Shown here: in pieces, positions 23,903-36,221 of the stretch
Position numbering within the stretch: the stretch's first letter is position 1
How the letters are laid out: every line of letters starts with the position of its first letter
Assembly (NCBI RefSeq): GCF_964213995.1
Contig: NC_135816.1
Coordinates: 25,196,303-25,236,000, forward strand
Origin: Mustelus asterias
Taxonomy: Eukaryota
Direction of reading: 5' to 3'
Length of the DNA stretch: 39,698 nucleotides
The notes under the pieces: model-generated
What the model was told of the DNA's origin: nothing
Seen by the model: the letters and a program-made list of their open reading frames with translations, nothing else
The model's database searches: none
Program-made: the position numbers and the translations under genes

Positions 23903-25894
23903 GAGGGTATCAAATTGAAATAAAATGCATACAAAGTGGCAAAGATTAGTGGGAAACTAGAGGATTGGGAAATCTTTAAAGGTCAACAGAAAGCCACAAA
24001 AAAAGCTATAAAGAAAAGTAAGATGGATTATGAGAGTAAACTAGCTCGGAATATAAAAACATAACAAAGGTTTCTACGAATATATAAAATGAAAAAGAGT
24101 GGCTAAAGTAAACATTGGTCCTTTAGAGGATGAGAAGGGGGATGTAATAACTGGAAATGAGAAAATGGCTGAGGCATTGAACAGGTATTTTCTGTCAGTC
24201 TTCGCAGTGGAAGACACAAATAACATGCCAAAAATTGATGAAGGCTACGGCAGGTCAGAACCTAGAAACTATCATCACGAATGAGGTAATGTTGGGCCAG
24301 CTAATGGGGCTAAAAATAGACAAGTCTCCTGGCCCTGATAGAATGCACCCCAGGATACTAAAAGAGATGGCGGGGGAGATGGTAAATCACCACTAGTGCA
24401 TTTGCTAAAATTCGCTGGACTCTGGGGTAGTTCCTGCAGATTAGAAAACAGCAAATGTGACGCCACTGTTTAAAAAAGGAGGTAGACAAAAGGCAAGTAA
24501 CTATAGGCCGGTCAGCTTAACTTCTGTAGTAGGGAAAATGCTTGAATCTATCATCAAGGAAGAAAGAGCGAGACATCTAGATATAAATTGTCCCTATGGG
24601 AAGACGCTGCATGGGTTCATAAAGGACGGGTTACGTTTGACTAATTTGGTGGAATTCTTTGAGAACATTACATGCGCAGTGGACAATGGGGAACCTGTGG
24701 ATGTGGTGTATCTGGATTTCCAGAAGGCATTTGACAAGGTGCCGCACCAAAGACTGCTACATAAGATAAAGGTGCATGGTGTTACGGGTAATGTATTAGC
24801 ATGGATAGAGGATTGGTTAACAGAAAGCAAAAAGTGGGAGTGTTTTTCTGGTTGCAATCAGTGACTAGTGGTGTGCCTCAGGGATCAGTATTGGGACTGC
24901 AATTGTTTATGACTTATAGATGATTTGGAGTTGGGGACCAAGTGTAGTGTGTCAAAATTCACAGATGACAAGATGAGTGGCAGAGCAAAGTGTGCAGAGG
25001 ACACTGAAAATCTGCAAAGGGATATTGATAGTCTTAAGTGAGTGGACGAGGGTCTGGCAGATGGAGTACAATGTTGGTAAATGTGAGGTCATCCATTTTG
25101 GTAGGAATAACAGCAAAATGGACTATTATTTAAATGGTAAAAAATTGCAGCATGCTGCTATGCAGAGGGACCTATGCAAGAATCACAAGGAGTTGGTTTG
25201 CAGGTGCAGCAGGTAATTAAGAAGGCAAATGGAATTTAGTCCTTCATTGCTAGAGGGATGGAGTTTAAAAACAGCGAGGTTATGTTGCAGCTGTATAAGG
25301 TCTTGGTGAGGCCACACCTGGGGTACTATGTACAGTTTTGGTCTCCTTTCTTGAGAAAGGATATACTGGCACTGGAGGGGGTGCAGAGGAGATTCACCAG
25401 GTTGATTCCGGAGTTGAGAGGGTTGGCTTATGAGGAGAGACTGAGCAGACTGGGGCTATACTCATTAGAATTTAGAAGAATGAGGGGAGATCTTATAGAA
25501 ACATATAAGATTATGAAGGGAATAGATAAGATAGAAGCAGGAAAGTTGTTTCTACTGGCGGGTGAAACTAGAACTAGGGGGCATAGCCTCAAAATAAGGG
25601 GAAGCAGATTTAAGACTGAGTTGAGGAGGAACTTCTTCACACAAAAGGGGTGTGTATCTGTGGAATTCCCTGTCCAGTGAAGCAGTTGAGGCCTCATTGA
25701 ATGTTTTTAAGGCAAGAATAGATAAATTTTTGAACAGTAAAGGAATTAAGGGTTATGGTGAGCGGGCAGGTAAGTGGAACTGAGTCCACGAAAAGGTCAG
25801 CCATGATCTTATTGAATGGCGGAGCAGGCTCGAGGGGCCAGATGGCCTACTCCTGCTCCTAGTTCTTACGTTCTTACGTTTTTTATGTTCTTAT
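23903..25894 (+). mobile_element. 5'-truncated CR1 LINE (ORF2 RT and 3' UTR)
   Basis: PLFKKGG, NYRPVSLTS, YLDFQKAFDKVPH, LVRPHLGYYVQFWSP; (gttcttac/t)n tail; frameshifted. Confidence 0.95.
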
Positions 25895-25927
25895 GCTGAG
25901 ATTTTCCTGCATTTTCTCTTTTGGGTT

Positions 25928-26395
25928 CATGATTTTCACTTTGTAACCATGCTGACTTTAATTATACCACTTTCTAAATGCTGAGCTATGAAATCCTTGA
26001 TAATGGACTTTAGCAACTTCCCCAGCACTGATGTTAGGCTCACTGATTTATAGTTCCCCGTTTTCGCTCTACCTCCTTTTTTGAATAGCAGGCTTACATT
26101 AACTACCCTCCAATCTGTAGGAACCAGTCCAGAGTGCAAATAATTTTGGAATATGACCACCAATGGATCTACCACTTCCTTAAGTACCCTGGGATGAAGA
26201 TTATCAGGACCTGGAGATTATTCACCTTCAATTCCCCAAAACCATTTCGCTACTAATACTGATTTCCTTCAGCTCCTCACTAAAATTTGTTTCTCTCAGA
26301 ACTTCTGGTACATTATTCATGTCTTCCTTTATGAAGACAGTAGCAATTTAGTTCCTCAGCCATTTCTTTGTTCCCTGTTATGAACTTTCCCATTT
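25928..26395 (-). mobile_element. CR1 LINE, 5' continuation of the 22551-23736 copy
   Basis: DWRVVNVSLLFKKGG...NYKSVSLTS; colinear with the fragment ending at 23736. Confidence 0.88.
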
Positions 26396-26667
26396 CTTTT
26401 AAATTGCTTTTGAAAATGTCATGCCTTTTAAAATGTTTTTGCATAACTAACCAGGCTTGTCAAACCCAATTTATTGGATTGAGGGGAACGATTTTTCTTC
26501 TTTTTTCCTCCCTTCCCCCACCCTCTTGTCTTAAACTTGCTGCTTGATTCCTTCCGGTGACCTTTTACCATTCCTCTGCATTGCTCACTGGCCAATCTCA
26601 TTTCCTCACTATCTATTATTCCATCAACCTATACAGATTTCCTCTCCTTCCTTTTTGTTTAATGAGG

Positions 26668-26903
26668 TCCTATTCCCATAACCCCATGTGTTTACCCCAT
26701 TAACCCCCCCCCTAATCTACACATTTTGGGACACTAAGGGACAATTTAGCAATCAAGCTAACCTGCACATTTTTGCACTGTGGGAGGAAACCTGAGCACC
26801 CGGAGGAAACCCACATAGAAATGGGAGAATGCGTAAACCACACAGCCAGTCACCCAAGGCTGGAATCAAACCCGAGTTCTTGGTACTGAGAGGCAGCAGT
26901 GCT
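26668..26903 (-). mobile_element. Partial diverged V-SINE (type 1)
   Basis: V-domain, B box and part of the type 1 body. Confidence 0.85.
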
Positions 26904-27194
26904 TGCCAAGTGAATGTTGTTCTGAATGTGAACTGAATTTGTTTTTATAAATTAAGAAACATCAGAACAATGTGAAACATTAATTTTCAAACTGTTCTCT
27001 GGAGATTACTTTGAATGCCAAACTCTTGCAGGTGCCTAAGATGGTAAAAGTGCCAAGGACAGAAACTAGTCACTGGGGGAAGAACATCAGTCAGGGAGAC
27101 TTGAAGGAAGCCTACGTGTTCTGTAATGTGTTCCAAATACTTACTCCAGCTGCATGTCTTTTATTTGTGTTTGTTACCGGAGCAGTCAAAACAT

Positions 27195-27918
27195 GTATTG
27201 TGGTCTCATCCCCCTCTGCACATTATCCTTGAGGAGGTTGCAGTGGGGAAGAGATTGTTGCTCACCTCATTCTAGAATGTGCCTTAACAAAGAAAGTCCA
27301 GAAAGGGAAACTGTGGGTTTTGTTGAGATTCAACCCGATCAGCTTCGTGACACAGAACTCTGAGCTCTACGGGCTATTCCCAGGGACGCACTCAGGACAA
27401 ATATCGATGGCTGCTGGAGTAACTTGGTGAAGATGCTCTTTGGTCTGCTTGAAACTTCCTGGTCCTCCAGTGCAAAGAGTTGTCCACAACCGGGTGTTGC
27501 AGACTGACATATTCCAAGGTCCAGGGCCATGTGCTGAGGGACACACTAAAGCGTGGGTAGCCACCACACAAGCTCAATGGGGAAAGGACACTGTCTAAGG
27601 TCCATCTGTCATTGTGCACTGAAGGGTGGGAAACTGCAACTGTGCTAGGGGAATTTCACAGTAACTTCATTGCAGTGTTAATGTAAGCCTTACTTGTGAC
27701 TAATAAATAAACTTTACTTTACCCCTTGAGTGGTATCTTTATATGGAATGTATATTTTAAGTATGTGTAATTGTGATTGTATTGCAGTACCTCAAGACTG
27801 CCACATGCTGTATGGAAGAAAACTTGAATTGGGTTGCAATTTTGGTAATGTCCAATTTGAACAGTTGTAGAATGTCACTTTGCAACTTTTTTATGAATAA
27901 AGTGTATTTTTAGAAAAC
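27195..27918 (+). mobile_element. Tx1/L1-clade LINE 3' fragment
   Basis: Decayed ORF2 end GGCSGEEIVAHLILEC...LYGLFPGTH...VKDALWSA...QWGKDTV* (C/H knuckle), then a 3' UTR with AATAAA near 27897. Confidence 0.75.
27645..27722 (+). mobile_element. Isolated type 2 SINE tail inside the Tx1-like 3' UTR
   Basis: ctaggggaatttcacagtaacttcattgcagtgttaatgtaagcc...aataaataaactttacttt. Confidence 0.85.
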
Positions 27919-28159
27919 AATACATTTACATGGATTGCTGTACAATGGCAACAGCAGAAAACAGTTAGATCTCTGACTACTGCTTGGATTTGTTTACCTG
28001 CTCACTTCCATTATCTCACTCAATCAACCTCCAAACCTGTTTGGTTCAAAGTTATCTTACTCCAGTAGATTTTCTGTGGGGGTGCTCATGAAGTTCTAAA
28101 TATACATTCTTCAAAAAGCCAAATGCAATTAAATTATTACTCACATATATCTACTTTAA

Positions 28160-28436
28160 AGTCACAAGAAGACTTACATTCACAGTGCAATGAAGTTACT
28201 GTGAAAATCCCCTAGTTGCCACACTCCAGTACCTGTTCGGGTACACTGAGGGAGAATTTAGCATAGCCAATGTACCTAACCAGCCTGTCTTTTGGACTGT
28301 GGGAGGAAACCGGAGCACCCGGAGGGAATGCACACATGGGGAGAACGTGCAGAGTCCACATAGACAGTGACCCAAGCCGGGAATCGAACCCAGGCTGTGA
28401 GGCAGCAGTGCTAACCACTGTGCCACCGTGCCGCCC
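28160..28436 (-). mobile_element. V-SINE, tail type 2
   Basis: Head, V-domain and tail all present. Confidence 0.92.
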
Positions 28437-28624
28437 AAACTTTGCTTGGCATTGCATTGAACAAAAACTTGCAATGGGGAAAAAAATCTAGATGTGAAAC
28501 TATAACTTGTTTAAAGTAGCGTTGTTTAATATATGTAATATATACTACCCACATTTGGTTAATAGGGCAACCAGATATGGCTAATTGCATTTTTGATGTG
28601 TAAATTAGCAATTAATAGATGCTG

Positions 28625-29348
28625 GGGCTGGATACTATATGCTCCCCACTGGATGTGTTTTCAGTGGGAACGCATGTAAAATAGGATAAGTGCCCAGCCT
28701 CCCATCTTCCTCTTTGCCCCCATAACAAGGTAGGTGGGTGGGCGCCCACCATACATAAATAAATAATTAAAGGTCAATTGAACTTGTTAACAAGCCAATT
28801 GACCCCGATAATATACTGCCCATGCTGTCAGACGATTGTTGTGGGCAGTTGGTCAGGAGTGGGCACGCTATTTTTAAAAAATGTTTTTAAAAGGGTGAGA
28901 AGGAAGGGGTTATTATCTTTAAGGAGTGTACTTTAAGTGGTGAGGGGCAGCCCCCCTAATATTAAACCCCCATCCTTTCTTCCTTCCCCCATGCCCCTAA
29001 AGCTCACCACCCCCTAAATTGGCCAATCCCTCCCCTCTCAATACCCTTGACATACCACACTCTGAAATCCATTGGGCCTCCTTCTTGTTTCTGGCTGCAG
29101 TCCTGACAGTGCCCATTAATGAGATCTTGGTGCTGCCAGGATTGCTGGCTAATCCAATTAACCTGCAGCTTCCCAGGATGGAACTGTTTTCCACTTTCCA
29201 CCAATTTGGCCTGCCGCAGTGTGTCATGGCAGTGGGGCAGGCTGGCATGGAGCAAGTAGGTATCCAGCCAACTTTCCTTCCTCGGGTGACAAGCTGCCCA
29301 CACCCTCCACTTGCCGCCCCCCCCCCCCTCCCTTGTAAAATACAGCCC
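28625..29348. mobile_element. MITE, PIF/Harbinger-like
   Basis: TIRs gggctggat... / ...atacagccc with 3-bp direct flanks CTG on both sides. Confidence 0.65.
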
Positions 29349-29941
29349 CTGATCTCAACACACACAGCAGTTGCATGCGTTTGTAAATCTCTTTATAAGT
29401 TTACTGGTAAAATCAAGACCAAAAGCTAAATGTTTTTTAAAAAATCACTGTGTAGTCTTTACTTCCTTGGTCACTGATTATTACTTATCTATTAAAATGG
29501 TGAGTTACACGGGGGCAAACGTTGGACTTCAGCACCACGGAAACAGCAGCAGCATTACACAGAAGGCGAATACATCATTGGGGTCAGCCCAGCTCGATCA
29601 ATCGGCTTTCCAAGTCGGCAGGCTTCTGTGATAATGGGGCAGCTCCAAAAGGCTACATCATGTCAACAGACAAACAGCATCCATCCACATTCCAGATGGA
29701 GAGCCGGGACAGGTTTTGTGATTTTCATTGCCGAGAATTTTGCCTCACACAATCACTCTGAGAAAGTCAAAATGCTGGTCGCAACAGCTGAACAAAAACC
29801 TAGAAGGCACACTAAGATGTGCTGCTGTGTCTGATAAATTCATGTCACAGTTAGATGATTGAGAAACGCGGCTAAGGTTGTTCATAAATGGTTCTAAATA
29901 TTTGTTAAGTAAACCTGCACACAATGTCCATTGAACTGTCA

Positions 29942-30174
29942 TTTTTTTTAAAAGTCGACTCCATTCTGAAAGTTATAAAGCTGATGCTTAGCATGGACTG
30001 TGCAGATCCGAATCTCTTCCTTGCTCGCTCCAAAAATCAAATTCAAAATCCAATTGAATCCAATTTATAGTCCCCACAAGAGAAACAAACAAGATCCAAG
30101 TTGACAAGATAAGGCATTGCACCCTATTTTGGGCTTGATCTGACGCTTGATCTTAGCCAAAAGGCCAAGAAGCG
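29942..30174 (-). mobile_element. Short A-tailed element with a U2 snRNA 5' head
   Basis: Minus strand 30174-30146 matches U2 nt 3-31 at 28/29 against the recalled vertebrate U2 sequence. About 195 nt of non-U2 body follow, then A8. Confidence 0.65.
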
Positions 30175-31689
30175 GCAATCACTTTGACCACACCCGTTGC
30201 TAGTTAGTGATTTATTTTCATCAACATCGGTTCAAACTGAATGAGGAAAGATTTTCGGATTGCGTGGCGAATTTTGGAAAGATTTTCTTATAGTTTGGTG
30301 GACTCTTCCAATGACAATTTGTCTTTGTTAATTTTCTTTGGAAACCTGTGCCACTCACAGGGTCAGGGGTAAATCAGACCAAAAGAGTGTACAATCTGAA
30401 AATACACTTTACATTAATTTAAAGAAAATGTGGTCTCTCTGGAGTTCACCCTGCAGGTTTGTGAGGCCAACTGCAAACATTAATACAATTGAAGAAGAAA
30501 AATGAATAACATAAGCAACGTCAGTACAGATCTTGCACTATTGAACTTGTGTAAAGGCCCAGAACAACCTGCCTTTAATCATTAATAGCGTCTAACCTTA
30601 TCAGACCTGGCACAGCTACTATTAATTGGTAGAAAGGGGCATATAATTATCATTGGCCAACCAGGTCACGACGAAAGGAAATCATTCCACTGACTAATCA
30701 ATTTCCTAACAGAGTTTTAGTACAGATTTTTTGGACCCTTCACTAAAAGCATATCTGTTACTCCAGAAACCATTCACTTTTATGACCAGAATGGAATAGC
30801 CACAAAATGATTAAGATGAGAAAATAAAATTAAAAATTCAACTGGAGGAGTTCTCTCTAGTTCTCTTTAGTTGAAAGGAAGATCAAAGATTATTGTTTCA
30901 AAGGCTACTTTATAAAAGATATTCACATTTTCACAGTTAAACCTGATGCTAAGCACTGACCCCATTAACCTTTGCTTTTTCATCTTGACTTCCTGCCAGT
31001 TACAGAAATAGACTCCTCGGGGCAAAAGACAAAGGACACAAGTCCAAATATGCAAAACACACCTTTCCGTAGCTAACCTGTGCTGCAAAACTGCTTTCAT
31101 GTGGAGTCCCCCTTTTGTGCGCTGATCCTTAATGAAACAACCAAAATTATGAACTTGTCTCGTGAGAAACTGCAGACTTGAAGTACCTGCTGTGATATTG
31201 TTTTAACCTGTCCGGGTTTACAACATACCAGCTAATTAAATGAATAATAAGACACTGCCTTGGCCTCACCTCTGATTGCAGCATTTTCAGGAACCTTTGG
31301 AACTTGTTCACATTTTATCTTCAGAAAAGTCGAAACCCACCTTTTCAATCTGCTGGAGGTTATACATTTTATTGCTCAAGATTGCACTAAGTAGCTTCTT
31401 TGGGAAAAATGATGAGCTACTGCTGCATGTAAAAGGCAAAGATATTTTGTATTATAATGGGATTTATACGATTCTCACTTGGATCTTTATAGTGAGGTGT
31501 AATGCAGGTGGTGTAGCTGGTATTGTTATCAAGAGGGTGCGGTATAACTAATTCATTAACAGTTGAAAGAGGGAGAGGATAATGTGAACTGCAGGTCTAT
31601 CTGAAAACTTAATATTACAAACAATACAGAGCAGTTGTTTCTTTAGTTGCTACATAAAATATTTAATTAAAGGAAACATGAGATGTTCT

Positions 31690-32780
31690 TGGAACACAGA
31701 AAATATGAGCAGAAGGCCATTTGGCCCCTTGAGCCTGTTCTGCCATTCAACTAGATCATGGGTGGCATGGTGGCACAGTGGTCAGCACTGCTGCCTCACA
31801 GCTCCAAGGACCTGGGTTCGATTCCCGGCTTGGGTCACTGTCTGTGTGGAGTTTGCACATTCTCCCCGTGTCTGCGTGGGTGCTCTGGTTACCTCCCACA
31901 GTCCATAGATTTGCGGGTTAGGTTGATTGGCCATGCTAAATTGCCCCTTAGTGTCCTGGGATGTGTTGGTTAGAGGGATTGATGGGGTAAATGTGTGAGG
32001 TAGTGGGGTAAGGCCTAGGTGGGATTGTTGTTGGTGCAGGCTCGATGGGCTTCCTTCTGCACTGTAGAGTTTCTATGATTCTATGATTTCAATGGCTCAT
32101 CTACCTCAAAGCAATTTTCCTGTGCTATGCCCATACCCCTTAACATTGAGAAATTTACTGATCTCTGTCTCCAGCTACTAATTGACTAAGCCTTAAATGG
32201 CCTCTGCGGTGGAAAACTCTAAAGATTCATCACCCTTTGAGTGAAGAAATTCCTTCTCATCTCAGCCCTAAATGACCTACTCTTTATTCTGTGACAGTGG
32301 CCCCTTGTTCTAGACCCTCTAGCCACAGAAAATATCCTTTTTGTATCTACCCTATTGAGCCCTGTACGCTTCAATTAGATCACCTCACACTCTTTTGAAC
32401 TCTAGAGATTACAGGTGCAGTCACCTCATAGGATAATCCCACTATCCCTGGCACCAGTCTGATGAACCTTGGCAGTTATGTGGCAATTATAATCCTTCCT
32501 TAGATGAAGAGACCAAAACTGCACACAATAATCCAGGTGCAGTGTCACCAAGGTGCTATACAATTGCAGTAAGACTAGCTTTACTCCTGTACTCAAATCT
32601 CTTGCAATTGGTCAACATACGATTGGCCTCCCTAATTGCTTGCTGAACCTGCATGTTGCTTTCAATGATTCATGAACAAGGACATCCAGGAGCCTTTGGA
32701 CATCAACACTTCTCTCATTGTTTAAGAAATGCTCTGCATTTCTGTTTTTCCTACTAAAGTGGATAACTTCACATTCTTGT
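31690..32780 (-). mobile_element. Old CR1 LINE 3' fragment interrupted by a SINE
   Basis: acagaaaatatgagcagaaggccatttggccc tail; colinear with the copy at 22551. Confidence 0.8.
31760..32089 (+). mobile_element. HE1-like V-SINE, tail type 1
   Basis: A and B boxes, V-domain and (ttctatga)n tail. Confidence 0.92.
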
Positions 32781-33592
32781 ACTATGAGTCCATATGCGGG
32801 CCATTTCCATCAAGGTTAGCTATAACGTAGAATTAAATGATATTTTGTATATTTGGCACTTAGCACTTTAAGTTGAATAGTCTTCATAAGGTTGACTGAA
32901 TGCAGTCATTTTTATTATTATAATTAATTCCTTGTGGTTTTGCTTACAGTGAGTTGGAAGACTTATTGTTTTAAAATAATGGAGCATTATGCAGAAGAGA
33001 GTTTTGAACCTCGACTACCCTTTATGTGTATAAGTCTTTACTAACTTCATTCCTGAATGGCCTGGCTATGCCCCTCATCAGAGACTCCTCAACCAGCAGA
33101 AATCTCCCTATCTAGTTTATCCTAGTTTATCCCCTTAATGCCCCTTCACCTCAAACTCCAGAGAATTCAACCCTAGTTTGTATAATTTCTCCTTGCCATT
33201 TAATTTTGGGAGTCTAAGTATCATTCTGGTAAATTTACACGGAACTTCTGAAGGTGTGTTGCCTAAAAGTGCTCCCAGTTGTGGTCTACCCAGGGCTTTG
33301 TACAACTGAAGCATAACTTATATTTCCTTGTATTTTTGTCCTCTAGGAATAAAGAACAGCTTTTCTGATTATTTTCTGTCTGTGTTCATAACATTTAACC
33401 TACGTAAATGGATCCTTAATTCTCTTTCAGCCACATTGTTTCCAGCTCTTCATCATTTTGAAAGTACTCTGCTCTAACCTTTATAAGTTCAAGTGAATGA
33501 TCTCATATTTGCCTACACGGATATCCATTTGCCATAGTTATGTCCATTCACTTAATCTATTAATATCTATTTGCAATTTTACGCTTCCATCT

Positions 33593-34483
33593 TGTTAAGA
33601 CCCAGACCAGAAACTCCAAAGTGTTTTGTGAAGTTAGGCTAGGACATTGATTTCGGCATGGGTACATTTGATTTTGGCATGGGTGAGCATAGGTGTTTCA
33701 CTCCAGGTATGATTCAAGTGACCCACTAGGAAGATTTTATCAAACAAAGTTTAATTAACAACACAGAATATAACAAAAAGAATTAGCATAAGTTTTACAA
33801 ATTACAAAAAACACAAGCGTTTTTCTTAACAGCTAGCTATCTCTGTTGTTCCAATTTAAAGCGATACCCCATAGACACACACTCTTCTTCAGAATTAGTA
33901 CAAAAACAAGTATGCTCACATGATGCTGGATTTTCAGCTTTTTAGCACTTCTGGATGAAAGTCCAGGCAGCAATTTTCAGAGAAGGATATATCCTCAAAA
34001 GAGCAAAACTTCAGAGAATCAAACCCAGCCTCTCGCAGTTCTCAGTCTCCAGACGCCAGAGACAGAAAAGGATATCTCTCTCTCTGCAGCTTCCAAAGAA
34101 GCAACTGTCATAGAGCATAATCTCCAAAAAAAGAGATTTATTTCCTAGCAGCTTCCTGTCTCCAACTTTAGAGAGGGGGTAAAGAGAACTCAAAAGCAGC
34201 ATTTAAGCTTGAATATTCAGTGAAAAAGCCCAGCTTCCCCATCACATGACCTGCTAATCATCCCAATGAAGCCTCACTCTGCAAAATGCCAGGGGAAAAC
34301 AGCAGAACAGCATTAGTTCAGATTAAAACCAACATTCTAGCCATTAGAAACAATTAGGTTGCTGCAACAACAATACAGCATAATAGTAGACACTATGGCT
34401 CTGAGTGCATAAAAAACTGCGACAACAGATCCTGCACAAGAACATGGCGCAAATACATTTCTTAAGGGCACAGTATTGTCACA
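33593..34483 (-). mobile_element. Solo LTR (Gypsy-like), 891 bp
   Basis: TGTTA...TCACA termini with a perfect 4-bp TSD ATCT (33589-33592 and 34484-34487). Host CR1 is continuous across it. Orientation inferred from ATTAAA on the minus strand. Confidence 0.8.
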
Positions 34484-34796
34484 ATCTACACTTTATAATG
34501 CTGCCTATCTTTATGTCATCGGCAAACATTGATGAGTGACTTTTTATCTCAGCATCTAAACTGTTTTAAAAAATGGTGAATAATTGAAGCCCGAACACAG
34601 AATCTTGCAGGACATCGGTGATCACACCTGACAATTAGACTACCTGTACATTATTCCCACTCTCTGTCTGCTGCCATTCAGTCAATCTTTTAGCCAAGTC
34701 TTGCTTTCAATGCCACGAGCTTCAACTTTAAATAATAGTGTCTTTTAAGAGATTTTATCAAATGTTTCCCCAAAGTCCCTTTGGATAACATTCATA

Positions 34797-35142
34797 GATT
34801 TGATTTATATTTGTCACATGTATTAGTATACAGTGAAAAGTATTGTTTCTTGTGCACCATACAAACAAACCATACCCTTCATAGAGAAGGAAAGGCGAGA
34901 GTGCAGAATGTAGTGTTACAGTCATGGCGAGGATGTAGAGAAAGATCAACTTAATGTGAGGTAGGTCCATTCAAAAGTCTGATGGCCGCAGGGAAGAAAC
35001 TGTTCTTGAGTCGGTTGGTACGTGTCCTCAGACTTTTGTACCTTTTCCCGACGGAAGAAGGTGGAAGCGAGAATGTCCGGGGTGTGTGGGATCCTTAATT
35101 AGGCTGGCTGCTTTTCTGAGGCAGCGGGAAATGTAGACAGTG
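34797..35142 (-). mobile_element. Rex1/Babar-like LINE, short 3' fragment
   Basis: Closely similar to 38163-38515; (atcaa)n tail. Confidence 0.85.
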
Positions 35143-35708
35143 TAGATATCCCTCTGTCCACTCATTTAGTTACTTCCTCAAAAAAAGGTAACAGTTTGTC
35201 AGACATGACCAAGTGTTTACGAATTCATGATGGTTCTCTCGGAAACGCGGAAAATTTTAAAATGGTGTTCAGTCACTCTTTAATGATAGATTATAGTAAT
35301 TTCCCAACAACAGATGTCATATTAACTAGTCTAGAGTTCTTTGATTTTCTTCTCTCACCTTTCTTGAGTAGTCGAGTGTCATGCAGATTTTCTTTTCCTA
35401 ATATAATTGTAACCATTTTTTGCATTGATTTCGATATGCCTTGGAAGTTGCTTTTCTCACTCCCTTCTTGTTACTCCATCTGCATTGCCATCTTTTATTG
35501 TTCTTTGTATTTCTCCCAATTGTCAGGGTTTGTGCTGGATTTTATTATTTTTGAATGCTTTTTCTTTTTATTTTATCTTGTCCCTTGCCTCTTTAGCCAT
35601 CCATGGCAGTATTTTCTTTGTAAGGAATGATTTCAGCTCTGACTGATAAAGTACATTTAACTATTCAATTGGTTTTGTCTGGGTTGTTTTCTCCTTAATA
35701 ATGGTGGT

Positions 35709-36221
35709 TGTTATATATTTAAAAAAGGGTGCAGGTTGCGTTAAGAGCTGATCACATGATTTAGTGACGATGTCATGAGGGTGCGTGCTTAAGCTGCTGT
35801 TTTACTTTCAATTTTGTACACTGCAGTGCAGAGAGAGCAGCTCTTCAATAAAACATGTTGTGTTGTTTGAATCTACATGTGCAAATCACAGCTTTTCTTT
35901 CAAAGTGAAGTTTATTTATTAGTCACAAGTAAACATTACATTGACACTGCAATGAAGTTACTGTGAAATTCCCCTAGTTGCCACACTTCGGTGCCTGTTC
36001 ATGTCAATGCAGCTAACCAGCACGTCTTTCAGACTATGGGAGGAAACCAGAGCACCCGGACGAAACCCATGCAGACATGGGAAGAATGTGCAAACTCCAC
36101 ACAGACAGTAACCTAAGCTGGGAATTGAACCCGGGTCCCTGGCGCTGTGGGGCAGCAGTGTTAACCACTGTGTCACCATGCTGCCTACGTCCCCTCTGTG
36201 TAAAACCCACAACCTCTAACA
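35709..36221 (+). mobile_element. Small solo LTR containing a SINE
   Basis: TGTTA...TAACA perfect 5-bp inverted termini; flanks tggt/tagt; internal AATAAA near 35847. Confidence 0.6.
35902..36185 (-). mobile_element. V-SINE, tail type 2
   Basis: Head, V-domain and tail all present. Confidence 0.92.

Larger units (their letters stand above)
33010..35625 (-). mobile_element. Heavily decayed CR1 LINE split by a solo LTR and a Rex/Babar-like fragment
   Basis: gtcatcggcaaac (FADD, antisense), ttcctcaaaaaa...tttgtcagacatgac and taatttcccaacaacagatgtc...ctagt occur in colinear order. Confidence 0.7.

Noticed and set aside
29745-29915. Possible minus-strand exon of a neighbouring gene (GLLNKYLEPF... 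after tgcag)
   Set aside because: No recognisable protein similarity, including to GNPDA1, the human downstream neighbour, and no partner exons found.
30146-30174. Functional U2 snRNA gene
   Set aside because: Only about 30-36 nt match; the Sm site and 3' stem-loops are absent.
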